A DNA stretch of 38,420 nt from Candidatus Zixiibacteriota bacterium (lineage in GTDB: Bacteria > Zixibacteria > MSB-5A5 > GN15 > FEB-12): assembly GCA_034659895.1 (NCBI GenBank), contig JAYEIF010000208.1, positions 1 to 38,420 of the forward strand. Direction: 5' to 3'. The notes beneath the pieces are model-generated. The model was not told where the DNA came from, searched no databases, and worked only from the letters and a program-made list of their open reading frames with translations. Shown here one piece after another: positions 9,070-20,300 of this stretch; the stretch's first letter is position 1, and each line of letters starts with the position of its first letter. A program made the position numbers and the translations under genes.

Positions 9070-9420
9070 ATGGCACGATCAAAGAACAGTGTTGCTTCGC
9101 ATAAACGTCATAAAAAGGTGCTTAAGCGGACACGTGGTAACTATGGTGGCCGTGGTAACTTATACAGGACGGCAATTGAAACGGTTCACAAGGGGCTGAA
9201 ATATGCGTACCGCGACCGTCGTAACAAAAAGCGTGATTTCCGTCGCTTATGGATTGTCCGAATTTCTGCTGCAGCTAAAATGTGTGGAACGAATTATTCA
9301 ACATTTATGGCGGGTTTGAAAAAAGCTGGAATAAATCTTGACCGTAAGATGCTGGCTGATATCGCAGCCAGAGATATGACAACTTTCAAATCGCTGGCCA
9401 AGATGGCTGCTGGCGAGTAA
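9070..9420 (+). CDS. rplT: 50S ribosomal protein L20
   Basis: [31 protein letters not shown]. Confidence 0.98.
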   Translation: MARSKNSVASHKRHKKVLKRTRGNYGGRGNLYRTAIETVHKGLKYAYRDRRNKKRDFRRLWIVRISAAAKMCGTNYSTFMAGLKKAGINLDRKMLADIAARDMTTFKSLAKMAAGE

Positions 9421-9438
9421 CGTTAAGCTGAAATATCA

Positions 9439-10452
9439 ATGTCAGTATTGGATGATATTAGTGTTCTGTCGGAAAATGCTTTTGAGCGAATCAGTCAAGC
9501 TGATTCGCTCGATGCGCTTAATGATGTCCGTGTGCACTACTTAGGGAAAAAGGGCGAAATTACAGTTATTTTGAAGGGGTTGGGTAAACTGCCTGTTGAT
9601 GAACGTAAGCAGATAGGGGCTGCTGCGAATAAAGCCCGAAAATCCATTGAAAAACGTATCAAAGAGAAGCAGGAAAGTTTTGGGGATGAAAAGCCTGCTA
9701 TTGTTATTGATTCTACCCTTCCTGGTACGGCACAGCCGTTGGGGCATGTACATATCCTGAATCAAGTGATGGGTGATATTTGTCGGACATTTCACGGGAT
9801 GGGTTTTGAGATTGCACATGGCCCAGATATTGAGGCTGACTACTACAACTTTGAAGCGCTTAATTTCCCCCCTGATCATCCCGCCCGCGATATGCAAGAT
9901 ACTCTTTTTGTCAAAGGCGATCGACTCTTGCGTACACATACTACACCGGTGCAAGTGCGCGAAATCGAAAAGAGAAAACCCCCAATTAAGATAATTACTC
10001 CCGGACGTTGCTTCCGTAATGAAGCTATTTCAACACGTGCCCATGTTGCCTTTCATCAGGTGGATGGGTTTCTCGTCGATGAAGATGTAAGTATGTCTGA
10101 TCTAAAGGGTGTCCTGGTAGCGTTTTGTAAAGCATTCTTTGGTGAAGATGTTAAACTAAACTTTCGACCATCATTTTTCCCTTTTACTGAACCGTCCGCC
10201 GAAGTAGATGTCTCCTGTATTCTGTGTGGTGGAAAGGGGTGCCAGTTGTGCAAATATTCAGGTTGGCTTGAGATACTTGGTTGCGGTATGATAGATCCAA
10301 ACGTTCTTGATAAAGCAGGTATCGATAGCGAGAAATACACTGGCTATGCATTTGGGTTGGGAGTTGAGAGAATAGCTATGCTGAAATATAAAATTGATGA
10401 TATCAGGCTGTTTTTCAACAATGACGTAAGATTTCTGAGTCAATTTAAGTAA
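9439..10452 (+). CDS. pheS: Phenylalanine--tRNA ligase alpha subunit
   Basis: HPARDMQDT, LLRTHT, FRPSFFPFTEPS, GYAFGLGVER. Confidence 0.98.
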   Translation: MSVLDDISVLSENAFERISQADSLDALNDVRVHYLGKKGEITVILKGLGKLPVDERKQIGAAANKARKSIEKRIKEKQESFGDEKPAIVIDSTLPGTAQPLGHVHILNQVMGDICRTFHGMGFEIAHGPDIEADYYNFEALNFPPDHPARDMQDTLFVKGDRLLRTHTTPVQVREIEKRKPPIKIITPGRCFRNEAISTRAHVAFHQVDGFLVDEDVSMSDLKGVLVAFCKAFFGEDVKLNFRPSFFPFTEPSAEVDVSCILCGGKGCQLCKYSGWLEILGCGMIDPNVLDKAGIDSEKYTGYAFGLGVERIAMLKYKIDDIRLFFNNDVRFLSQFK

Positions 10453-10455
10453 AAT

Positions 10456-12840
10456 ATGAAAATTTCATACAAATGGCTTCTGGAGCTGACTGGGTTGGAC
10501 TTGCCGGTGCATGAATTGGCTGACCGTCTGACTAATTGTGGCACGGCAGTGGAAGAAATCGAAGCCACTGACCGGTATATGGATAAAGTTGTAGTCGGTT
10601 ATGTAACTGATATTAATTCTATCAAGGGAGCTGATAAAATAAAACTGGCTACGGTTGATATTGGCTCGGATAAGTTGGACCTCGTATGTGGTGCGCCAAA
10701 TGTCGCTGTGGGGCAAAAAGTGCCTGTGGCTCTATTGGGCGCAAAGCTGGCTGGAGACTTTGTTATCAAAAAAGCGAAGATCCGCGGTGTAGAATCCTGC
10801 GGTATGATTTGTTCCGAGCGTGAATTGGGTATCTCAGACGATCATTCTGGAATAATGGTCTTTGATTCTGATGCCACAATAGGAACACCTCTGGCTGACT
10901 ATCTCGATTTTCATGACTATCAGCTGGCTTTTGAACTTACTCCAAATCGGCCGGATTCAATGTCCGCTATAGGAATAGCTCGTGATGCCGCTGCTTTGGT
11001 TTCGATGGCTGTTCATAAGCCTGACTTTGAATTGGTAGAATCATCTGAGAAGGCTTCGGATTATATTTCTGTCAAGATTGACGATCCCGATGCCTGTCCG
11101 AGATATGCGGCACGAATTATAAAAAATATAAAGATTGGTCAATCGCCGTGGTGGATTAAGAAAAAGCTTCTGACCTCTGGTATTCGTCCTATTAATAACA
11201 TAGTTGACATCACGAATTATGTCCTACTTGAAACCGGCCATCCGCTTCATGCTTTTGATTACGACCGTTTTGATTCAACTGAAGTGGTGGTTCGGCGGGC
11301 AACAGAGGGAGAAAAGTTTACTACTCTTGACGATCAAGAGCATAGTCTTATACCGGATGTTTTGCTAATTACAAATGGCAAACATGGTGTCGCCGCCGCC
11401 GGTGTTATGGGTGGGCTGGACTCTGAGGTTGAAGATAGCACAACTAATATCCTGTTGGAATCAGCGTATTTTAACCCATCAATGATTCGCAAGAGCCGTA
11501 AGCACTTGGGCTTTGTGACGGAATCATCGACAAGATTTGAGAAAGGCGCTGATCCAAATGGTGCCTTATTTGCCATTAATCGCGCTGCATCGCTGATGCA
11601 CGAATTGTGCGGTGGAGAAGTGCTCGATGGAATTATTGACTGCTATCCCGAACAAATTAAGCCGAAGACAATATCATTTCGTCCAGCTCGCTGTAATGCA
11701 ATTCTCGGAACTAAGCTGACTACAAAACGCATGAAGGAGATTCTTTCAAATCTTGAACTGGAAGTTACTGGAGAAGAAAAGCTAACAGTGACAGTGCCTA
11801 CTTTTCGACCGGATTTGGAACGCGAGATTGATCTTATTGAAGAAGTTGCTCGTATGGAGGGATGGGGAAACATTCCTGATGCTATTTCTAATGTTGGCCC
11901 TCTTTTTACACCGACCTACAAACAGGATGTTTTCGTTGATGAGGTGCGCACAATTTTGACTGGTGTTGGCTTTGATGAGATGGTCAACCATGGTTTGGTG
12001 GACAGCCGTTTCGCAAAGAAAGTTAATCCCGATCTTCCTTATGTTCAAATTGTCAATCCGTCCTCTTCAGACCTTGATGCCATGCGCAACAGTATGTCAC
12101 TGACCGCTCTGAATGTAATTGGACATAATATCTCCCATCGTAATACAGATTTGAGACTATTCGAAATTGGGAAAGTGTATCAACCCCCGGATGCTCACCA
12201 CGACTGGAATGAAGAGCAACGAATAGTCTTGACAGTAACAGGCAATACCACTAACGGTTGGCGTCAATCTCCTCGTCCATTTGATTTTTATGATTTAACT
12301 GGCGCTATTGAACGTCTGGCAGCCCATTTCAGATGGCCTGAATTACAATATGTGCCCAAAACTACGAATCATCTGGAATCAGGGGTATCTTTTCAAATAA
12401 GAGCTGGTGATACAACTGTTGGATCTATCGGACAAGTTTCTATGTCCATTGCCAGATTAGCTGATATAAAACAGATGGTTTATATGGCCGAATTCACTAC
12501 TGAGCCGTTGCAGGAAGTTGGCGCTTCATTACCATTCTTTAAGTCGCTTCCTCAGTTTCCTGCCGCTCCTCGTGATCTTGCTATTGTGGTTGCAGTTGAT
12601 GTTCCTGCTGGGGATTTGGTGAAAACTGTGCGAAATGCCGCAGGCTCACTTGCTGAAAAGGTTGATATATTCGATCTGTATATGGGCAAGCAGATAGAAA
12701 AGGGGAAAAAGTCAATAGCCGTAACCATCACATATCGATCCGCTGAACGTAGTCTTTCTGGTGACGAAGTTGATGTGGTGCAACAGAATGTGATGGCAGA
12801 TTTGAAGAAAAAGTTTAATGCGGAGATAAGGGACAAATAA
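10456..12840 (+). CDS. pheT: Phenylalanine--tRNA ligase beta subunit
   Basis: MKISYKWL, VCGAPN, GMICSERELG, TPNRPD, RFEKG.D, C-terminal FDX-ACB domain. Confidence 0.98.
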   Translation: MKISYKWLLELTGLDLPVHELADRLTNCGTAVEEIEATDRYMDKVVVGYVTDINSIKGADKIKLATVDIGSDKLDLVCGAPNVAVGQKVPVALLGAKLAGDFVIKKAKIRGVESCGMICSERELGISDDHSGIMVFDSDATIGTPLADYLDFHDYQLAFELTPNRPDSMSAIGIARDAAALVSMAVHKPDFELVESSEKASDYISVKIDDPDACPRYAARIIKNIKIGQSPWWIKKKLLTSGIRPINNIVDITNYVLLETGHPLHAFDYDRFDSTEVVVRRATEGEKFTTLDDQEHSLIPDVLLITNGKHGVAAAGVMGGLDSEVEDSTTNILLESAYFNPSMIRKSRKHLGFVTESSTRFEKGADPNGALFAINRAASLMHELCGGEVLDGIIDCYPEQIKPKTISFRPARCNAILGTKLTTKRMKEILSNLELEVTGEEKLTVTVPTFRPDLEREIDLIEEVARMEGWGNIPDAISNVGPLFTPTYKQDVFVDEVRTILTGVGFDEMVNHGLVDSRFAKKVNPDLPYVQIVNPSSSDLDAMRNSMSLTALNVIGHNISHRNTDLRLFEIGKVYQPPDAHHDWNEEQRIVLTVTGNTTNGWRQSPRPFDFYDLTGAIERLAAHFRWPELQYVPKTTNHLESGVSFQIRAGDTTVGSIGQVSMSIARLADIKQMVYMAEFTTEPLQEVGASLPFFKSLPQFPAAPRDLAIVVAVDVPAGDLVKTVRNAAGSLAEKVDIFDLYMGKQIEKGKKSIAVTITYRSAERSLSGDEVDVVQQNVMADLKKKFNAEIRDK

Positions 12841-13082
12841 TGACTGATACGAAACTCTCATACTTAGCTGAGAAAATCAATCAATTGATCGAGCGTATGG
12901 AATCTCTCCAACGAGAGAATAAAGAGCTGAAATCCGAAAATTCGAAACTGAAGTCGGAACTTAACGACTTTTCTGATGAACTTCAGCAGTTGAAACTCAA
13001 GAATTCAGACCAGTCACAGGCTGTAAAATCGCGATTGACCGGTGTTATGTCGCGTCTAACTGAACTCGAGCAGATTGGATAA
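12840..13082 (+). CDS. ZapB-like coiled-coil cell-division protein
   Basis: 80-aa heptad-rich protein between pheT and zapA, a conserved arrangement; start overlaps the pheT stop. Confidence 0.7.
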   Translation: MTDTKLSYLAEKINQLIERMESLQRENKELKSENSKLKSELNDFSDELQQLKLKNSDQSQAVKSRLTGVMSRLTELEQIG

Positions 13083-13093
13083 TAAGATTTTAC

Positions 13094-13122
13094 TTGACAC
13101 AAGCGATAGGATTTAGTATAAG
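13094..13122 (+). promoter_or_regulatory. Possible sigma70 promoter for zapA-rny
   Basis: TTGACA (13094-13099), 17 nt, TATAAG (13117-13122); the last -10 base is non-consensus. Confidence 0.45.
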
Positions 13123-13196
13123 ATACTGTAAGATAGTAGGATAAGAAGATTTGTTTTTTTTGGCGTTAGCCTAAATATCAGTAGCTGACAATATGA

Positions 13197-13517
13197 TTGG
13201 ATAATAAAGTTATTGTGAATAACAAAGTTATTGAGAATAACAAAGTTATTGTGAGTATATATGGCGAAGAATACCCAATTGCTGGAGATGAGGATTCATC
13301 GCACATATCCAAGGTCGCAGACCTTGTTGATTCCCGGATGAAAGATATTGCTGAGAGCGGTCGAGTTAAAGCTCGCGACAAAGTAGCGATTTTGGCTGCT
13401 ATGTCGATGGCTTCAGAATTAATGTCCAAGTCTGAGGAATTTGGCAATTTTTATTACGAATTTGATGCTGAGTTGAATACAATTATAGAACGTCTTGATA
13501 CAGCATTGCTCACGTAA
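13197..13517 (+). CDS. zapA: Cell division protein ZapA
   Basis: V.IYGEEY.I...VADLVDSRM..I...VAILAAMSMA.EL; lies between pheT/zapB and rny. Exact start uncertain because of the repeat. Confidence 0.88.
   Translation: MDNKVIVNNKVIENNKVIVSIYGEEYPIAGDEDSSHISKVADLVDSRMKDIAESGRVKARDKVAILAAMSMASELMSKSEEFGNFYYEFDAELNTIIERLDTALLT
13200..13253 (+). repeat. Three tandem 18-bp units (AATAACAAAGTTATTGWG) at the zapA 5' end
   Basis: GATAATAAAGTTATTGTG / AATAACAAAGTTATTGAG / AATAACAAAGTTATTGTG encode DNKVIV-NNKVIE-NNKVIV. Confidence 0.93.
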
Positions 13518-13618
13518 CTGTTTTAGTCCGATGTAGCAATAGAAAACCGCCGAATCTTCTATCCGTAACATTTTTAATAGATTAAACATCCACTCGGTTG
13601 TTTGGGTGGGAGGTTATT

Positions 13619-15187
13619 ATGAACCCCGACATGGTCCTGCTGATCGTGGAAATGATCGTGGTCGGTGTTGTGGCTTTTATTATAGCTTGGTTTTTAGCGC
13701 ATCGTACTTCCAAGGATAAGATAAGCCATGCCGCCAAAGAGGCAGAACGCTTAGTCGCTGAAGCGAAAAAAGAATCTGAAATAAGACAAAAAGAGGTTCG
13801 ACTCGAAGCTCGCGAAGAGCTTATGAAGCTCAAGAGTGATTTCGAGAAGGAATCTGATGCCGTACGGCGAGAGCTTGAAGCAGGTGAAAAAAATCTAAAA
13901 GAAGAGAGCAGCTCTTTTCATAAAAAACTGGATTTATTTGAAATACGCGAAAAAGAATTTAATCGCCACGAAAAAAGCATACAAGCCCGCGAGAAAAAGG
14001 TTGGATTCAGGGAAACAGAACTTGATGAAATAATAATTAGGCAAAATGAGCAACTCCAGAAAATTGCCCAGATGACTCCTGAAGATGCTAAAAAGCAACT
14101 TATGGATAATATGTTGAGCGCTGCCAAAGTTGATGCTGCAAGATACATAAAAGAAATAAAGGATAAGGCTGAAGCAGATGCTGACAAAGAAGCAAAGGAA
14201 ATTATCCTGTCGGCAATATACCGATGTGCTGCTGATCATACTGTAGAGACTACGGTGTCAGTAGTCAATCTTCCAACTGATGAGATGAAAGGTCGTATTA
14301 TCGGGCGCGAGGGGCGTAATATCCGCTCTTTTGAAACCGCCACTGGAATTGATGTAATTGTCGATGATACTCCCGAGGCAGTTATTCTGTCAGGTTATGA
14401 TCCGGTACGTCGAGAAATTGCCCGTATGTCTCTTGATAAGTTAATTACCGATGGCCGTATTCATCCGACTCGTATTGAGGAAGTGGTGGATAAATCCAAG
14501 CGTGAAATGGAAGTGATTGTGCGAGAGGCAGGTGAACAAGCCTGTTTTGAACTCGGTATTCACAATTTGCACCCGGATGTAGTTAGTCAACTTGGAAAAC
14601 TTAATTTTAGGACTTCCTATGGTCAGAACGTTTTGTTGCATTCTAAGGAAGTATCTATGTTGTGTGGTTTAATGGCAGCCGAACTGAATTTGGATGCGCA
14701 ATTGGCTAAATCATGCGGCCTTCTTCACGATATTGGAAAAGCTATAGATCGTGAAACTGAAGGAACCCATACTCAAATAGGAGCTGATTTCGTACGTCGG
14801 TATGGAATGTCTGAGGAGATAATCAACGCAGTAGAATCACATCACGGTGATGTTCCGATGCTGGGTCCTTATCCTGTACTGGTCCAGGCGGCAGATGCAG
14901 TTTCCGGTGCTCGTCCCGGCGCACGGAGAGAATCTTTGGAGGCATACATCAAACGCTTACAGCAGATAGAGGAACTGGCTGATTCCTTTAAGGGGGTTTC
15001 CAAGTCGTATGCTATTCAGGCTGGCAGAGAGGTACGTGTGATAGTCGAGCACGAGACTCTTGATGATCTTGCCAGTTCCATTTTAGCCAGTGATTTAGCG
15101 ACTAAGATAGAAAATGAATTACAATACCCGGGGCAGATTATGGTCACAGTAGTGCGAGAAATGAGATCAACTGAGTTTGCCAAATAG
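13619..15187 (+). CDS. rny: Ribonuclease Y
   Basis: N-terminal TM, coiled coil, KH (MKGRIIGREGRNIR), HD (LLHDIGK), SGARPGAR. Start set at ATG 13619 after GGAGG. Confidence 0.97.
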   Translation: MNPDMVLLIVEMIVVGVVAFIIAWFLAHRTSKDKISHAAKEAERLVAEAKKESEIRQKEVRLEAREELMKLKSDFEKESDAVRRELEAGEKNLKEESSSFHKKLDLFEIREKEFNRHEKSIQAREKKVGFRETELDEIIIRQNEQLQKIAQMTPEDAKKQLMDNMLSAAKVDAARYIKEIKDKAEADADKEAKEIILSAIYRCAADHTVETTVSVVNLPTDEMKGRIIGREGRNIRSFETATGIDVIVDDTPEAVILSGYDPVRREIARMSLDKLITDGRIHPTRIEEVVDKSKREMEVIVREAGEQACFELGIHNLHPDVVSQLGKLNFRTSYGQNVLLHSKEVSMLCGLMAAELNLDAQLAKSCGLLHDIGKAIDRETEGTHTQIGADFVRRYGMSEEIINAVESHHGDVPMLGPYPVLVQAADAVSGARPGARRESLEAYIKRLQQIEELADSFKGVSKSYAIQAGREVRVIVEHETLDDLASSILASDLATKIENELQYPGQIMVTVVREMRSTEFAK

Positions 15188-15287
15188 GATGATTGTGCGG
15201 AGTGTATAATTTTGGTGAACCGTAAAATCTCAACATTGGGGGGATGGATAGATAATGAGAATATGAACTGCGCAAAAGAGAAGTTAT

Positions 15288-16181
15288 ATGTCTGAATTTA
15301 CTATTATGTTCATCGCGGATATCTGTGGAAAAGCTGGTCGCCAGGCAACAGCTCACATGATAAAACCAATGCGTGAAAAATATTCCGTGGATTTCGTTAT
15401 TGCTAATATCGAGAATGCCGCTGGAGGTTTTGGTGTTACCCCTGAGATGGCGAGGAAAGCGTTTACTTATGGGATAGATCTTCAGACCTCTGGTAATCAC
15501 ATCTGGGATCGGTATGAGATACGTTCTTATATCAAAACAAACGCCAAGCTCCTTCGCCCCGCCAATTTTCCCCCTGGCGTTCCCGGGAATGGCTATTACA
15601 TAGAGACAGTTGGTGATTTTAAAATTGGTGTAATTAATCTGCAAGGGCGTACGTATATGAAGGATATTGATTGCCCGTTTGTCGTTGGTGGAAGGATTGT
15701 CTCTGAAATGCGCAGGAAGACAGATATTATTTTCGTCGATATGCATGCCGAGGCTACTTCCGAAAAACAGGCAATGCTCTACTGGTTTGATGGTCAGGTT
15801 TCAGCCGTGGTTGGTACTCACACTCACGTGCAAACGGCCGATGAGTACGTAACACAGAATGGGACTGCTTATATCACTGATGCTGGAATGACTGGTCCGT
15901 ACGACTCTATTATTGGTATGGAGAAAGAACCGTCCTTACAGCGGTTTCTTACGGGTATGCCGCATCGCTTTACAACGACCTCGAACGATGTTCGTATGTC
16001 TGGAGTTTTAGTGCGAATCAACCCGACTTCAGGGAAAGCTACGAGTATCGAACGCTTCTGTAAGAAATTTGACCTCGACAGTTTCAAACCTGAAGATATA
16101 ACTGGAAAACCAAGTAGAAAAGTCCAAGATAATCATACTGAGGAATCCGTGAGCGATTCGGAAGATATTTCTGAAACTTAA
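15288..16181 (+). CDS. ymdB: YmdB-like (TIGR00282) metallophosphoesterase
   Basis: IANIENAAGG, TSGNHIWD, VDMHAEATSEK, VGTHTHVQTAD, TDAGMTG; follows rny. Confidence 0.93.
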   Translation: MSEFTIMFIADICGKAGRQATAHMIKPMREKYSVDFVIANIENAAGGFGVTPEMARKAFTYGIDLQTSGNHIWDRYEIRSYIKTNAKLLRPANFPPGVPGNGYYIETVGDFKIGVINLQGRTYMKDIDCPFVVGGRIVSEMRRKTDIIFVDMHAEATSEKQAMLYWFDGQVSAVVGTHTHVQTADEYVTQNGTAYITDAGMTGPYDSIIGMEKEPSLQRFLTGMPHRFTTTSNDVRMSGVLVRINPTSGKATSIERFCKKFDLDSFKPEDITGKPSRKVQDNHTEESVSDSEDISET

Positions 16182-16195
16182 AGGAATAATTTAGT

Positions 16196-17080
16196 ATGCC
16201 AGCACAACTCATTGATGGTAAAGAAGTAGCGAAAAGTGTACGAAAGAATCTGAGGACTCGTATAAAGTCTCTCAAAGCGAAAGGTGTAATTCCTGGACTT
16301 GCGGCGGTGCTTGTGGGGGATGATCCAGCCTCAGGTACTTATGTTCGTTCCAAGGAAAGAGCGTGTGAGAAACTGGGGCTGTACTCAGAGGTTATCAAGA
16401 AACCTGCCACACTGCAACAGAACGAGTTGGTTGAGATAGTAAAGAGTCTAAACGATAATGATAAAATTCACGGTATTCTTGTACAGTCGCCACTACCTGA
16501 ACATATAGACGAATTGTCGGTAACTCTTACGATTAATCCTGACAAGGATGTTGATGGTTTTCATCCGTATAATGTTGGTATGATGCTTCTTGGCCGTCCT
16601 GGATTATTGTCCTGTACCCCTTACGGTATCATCAAGCTTATGTCATACTATCATATTGATCCGTGCGGGAAAGAAGTGGTGGTAGTGGGGCGGTCTAATA
16701 TCGTCGGTAAACCGATATCAGCGATGCTTTTTCAGAAAGCGGATATGGCAAATGCAACTGTTACTATAGCGCACTCCAAAACTAATAATTTGGGTGAGAT
16801 TACACGCAGGGCAGACATCTTAATTGCTGCTATTGGTCAACCGAAAACAATTTCGGCTGATATGGTCAAAGAGGGGGCTGTTGTGATAGATGTAGGCGTA
16901 AATCGGGTTGATGACTCTTCAGCGAAAAAAGGCTACCGCTTAGTGGGTGATGTTGATTTTGACGCCTGCTTTGAGAAAGTCTCATACATCACACCAGTTC
17001 CGGGTGGAGTTGGTCCGATGACAATTGCAATGCTGATGTCAAACACTGTAACAGCAGCAGAGAATCTGTCTATCGAGTAA
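16196..17080 (+). CDS. folD: Bifunctional methylenetetrahydrofolate dehydrogenase/cyclohydrolase
   Basis: GILVQSPLP, KDVDGFHP, GRSNIVGKP, ITPVPGGVGPMT. Confidence 0.98.
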   Translation: MPAQLIDGKEVAKSVRKNLRTRIKSLKAKGVIPGLAAVLVGDDPASGTYVRSKERACEKLGLYSEVIKKPATLQQNELVEIVKSLNDNDKIHGILVQSPLPEHIDELSVTLTINPDKDVDGFHPYNVGMMLLGRPGLLSCTPYGIIKLMSYYHIDPCGKEVVVVGRSNIVGKPISAMLFQKADMANATVTIAHSKTNNLGEITRRADILIAAIGQPKTISADMVKEGAVVIDVGVNRVDDSSAKKGYRLVGDVDFDACFEKVSYITPVPGGVGPMTIAMLMSNTVTAAENLSIE

Positions 17081-17312
17081 ATAATTTTGAAACATCCTTG
17101 CAAATAAATACCGATATCCTGCAAGCCATTACATAGCTTATTACATTATTATAGGTGTATATTATCTAAAATTACGCCTGTGGTCACTCCTGAAATTGGA
17201 TAATAATCCAACACATAACTAACCCATTTAACTACCACTTGTTAGAGTATTTTTAATCGCCTTGAAGATATGAATAAGAATCTTCTAATAATTTGTGCCA
17301 CAAGAAGATGCA

Positions 17313-17328
17313 GGGCATAAAAGTTGCT
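17313..17328 (+). promoter_or_regulatory. Sigma54-type -24/-12 promoter candidate
   Basis: GGGCATAAAAGTTGCT: GG (17314-15), exactly 10 nt, GC (17326-27), with GGCA and TTGC context. Confidence 0.55.
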
Positions 17329-17346
17329 TACTTTAGTGTTTGAACT

Positions 17347-20300
17347 ATGTCGATAATATGCTATTTTTGCCGTATAAATATATCCAGAGTTATATTTTCC
17401 TTTCTTATGCTCCTGGTTGTATTTTCAGGTTCGGTGGTAACAGCCGATCCTCCTGCAAATTTTGGAGCAATCTTTAGTACTCCTTCATCAGATCCAGTTG
17501 GTACATTTGATGATTTCCACGTCCTTACTACGGATTCGGTAGTAGGTAAGCAAGCCGGTTATACATTTTCATTTATTATGGCTTCTTTTGATTTTGGCAA
17601 TCTGGACAAAGGTGGATTTGTTTTTTCTTTTCCTGAGGAATATGATCTGTCAACTGTGACAAATTGTACGTTGGTGCACAGTTCAAATACTGTCGATTAC
17701 CATGTGAAAACTTTTGAGCTTTCTGATAACATGGTTATTGTAACTTTGAAAAGGACAAGTATGCATTCTGACGAGCAGGATGATACTACAATTTCTGTAA
17801 ATGTGCATTTTGAAGTTCTGAATAATCCAGCATCAACTGGTGATTACATGTTCGGAGGTTTGGCTTTTAAGAGTACTGGTTCTATCATTGCAGGTCCTTC
17901 TATTTCTGAAAAATTAGAGATTCTGCCAGATCAACCAATATCCCTTGAAATTACACCATCTGGCAATCTCACACTCAAAGCTGGTGAAAGTATCACATTC
18001 GATATAGCTATGTATGATAGTTATGGTAATCTCATTCCGTCTTCAGATGCGGTTTGGATTTTGGAGTGGGGTTCCGACCCGATAGGATACTTCTCCGGTG
18101 CGACACTTCATGTTACTTCTGTAGGGACAGGTCGAGCACAGGTGAGAGCTGGTGATATGATTCGTCTGTCTGGGGAAATTACTGTTCATCCGGGAAATCT
18201 GTCACGGCTTGAATTGAGCATCTCACCCGATCAGATAGTTGGCAATCCCCTTATGTCCGAAGCCCGACTGACTTTGTGGGATGCCTATGGAAACCTGAAA
18301 ACAGATTACAATCTTGCAGCTAATCCTATCGAGTTAATAATTGGCGATGGAAATCTTGCTCCCGCTATGCTTGAGGATAATGATTTACTTCATAATGGAT
18401 CGATTGATCTTTGTGCAGCCGATGTTACATACTCAGGGTCATCTGTGGTAACGAGTCTGCAAGCGCGAACGGAAAGCGGAATCACATCTTTTGCAGAAAC
18501 TGTTTCATTCAGTGGATATGATATTCTGGAAATCCTTGATGCTGACGGGGAACCTCTTCAGTCGATTTATCCAACGGTGGAAACACTCATTAAAGTCATA
18601 GTTACAAATAATGGTTATTTGACGCCTGTCAATACTCCGAAGATTGAGATTGCTCTTAATGGCGGACAGATAGCAACTGCATTGTTTGAACCCCACTCTG
18701 GTGGTTATATTGATACTGTTTCTGTTACATTGACAGGCCCCGACACATCGACATCTAACGATTTGCTTATGGTTACCCTCGAAGCTGAATTTGAGGTTGG
18801 CGGAGAAGTAATAATTACAAATAGTCAGGCAGAGCGGGACGTTGTGATACTGGAACCGATAGAAGTTTCGATAGTCGAGGGTAGTTTTCGCCCTGATAGT
18901 CTTTATCCTGACGCTCAGTCCAAATTGGCAATGGACATTATGGTTTCCGGACACCCAGAGTTTGTACCTGACGCATGGATGAAGGTTGCTATTACTGATG
19001 ATGCAGGCGGAGTAGAGACAGTTTTGTTCGATGATACCGTCGGATATTCTGATATTCTCGGATCAGTCATCAGCTACGATAATCTTATGATAGAAACGCC
19101 ATCTCCTGACATTCTGACATCTGGCTGGTACGATGTGGTTTTGGATTATGCCTTTCTTTCAGATGAAGGCGCTTATGTCATCAGTCACAAAGTCATTGAC
19201 TCTGTTTTTGTCCTTTCTGAGGTTGAGGTTTCCTATGTTGAGGATAGTTTCGATCCCGGTATTGTCTATGCCGGACGAGGAGCTTCATTCAGATTTACTA
19301 TTAATCTCGATAGTGAATATAGTGTACCGATTAATACCTTAGATGCAGTTATCAAAATATACGGCAATGATTTCTTTACTTCTACCACACTCCGTCTTGC
19401 TGACTCGGTTCTTCATCCGGGGCCGAATCTGGTGGAGTCTGATTCGGTGTTTATACCATCGAACCAGCAGGGCGTTGAATTGCATTTTGATGTTGTGTTA
19501 AGATTTATGATACCGGGTACTGATAATGTGTTAGATTTCTCTACGGATTTCAACACGGAGGGAGTCGAGGTAAACACAGCGCCGGTGGCTCGGATTATTG
19601 ATGTTGAGCTTCTTGCCCCTAATGCACCTAATGTAAACACAGGTCAGGATTTTCAGGTGCGAGCCAAAGTGGCTAATCTCTCTGGGTCTCTTATGGGATC
19701 GTTTGATATTGTCCTTCATAGTAATGGTATGTCGGTCTTTGATTCAATACAAACTGTTGATTCTATTAACGCAGATGATACCGCCGATATTCTTTTCGAT
19801 GTTGTCGCATCTGAGCAACCGAACGTTGCGGAAGTCTTTAAAGTTGCTATTGGCTCGTCAGATGTTTTGGCTCAGTCTCCAGTTAATGATGTAACTACAG
19901 CAGTTATTGAAACCCCCGCACATCTTTCTTTCAATTATGATTTGTCAGGCGTGGAAGATGGCTTGGTTGATTACAATAAGCCATTCTCTTTGGGTGTTGA
20001 TTTGGTCAATGAGGGTCAGGCTTCCGTAAGTAATGGAGAGTACTTGTTGACAATCGAAGGACTCGAACCTTCTGAAGAAGATAACATGACAGGAATGATT
20101 ACCGAGGATCAGCAAGTTAATTTTAGTTTTCTGTCGCCATCGTGTGATACTAATGTAGTTTTCACTTTTACGCTAACGTCAATACCGACTGATTTGAATA
20201 CTGATACACCAGCCATTATTGACGATACTTCGTTTACTTTTGAAGTTACCGTAACACAGCTTGATGTTGGACTGCTTGCAGATATTGAAATTGCGAGCCC

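Noticed and set aside
13518-13618. 6S RNA, often found after zapA
   Set aside because: Only ~100 nt are available and no long irregular hairpin is evident; just a short GU-rich stem next to the rny SD.
15144-15746. 200-aa minus-strand ORF
   Set aside because: Antisense to rny/ymdB; no motifs. The same applies to the other short nested ORFs in the track.
17285-17301. Minus-strand TGGCAC as a second sigma54 promoter
   Set aside because: No GC at the -12 position.
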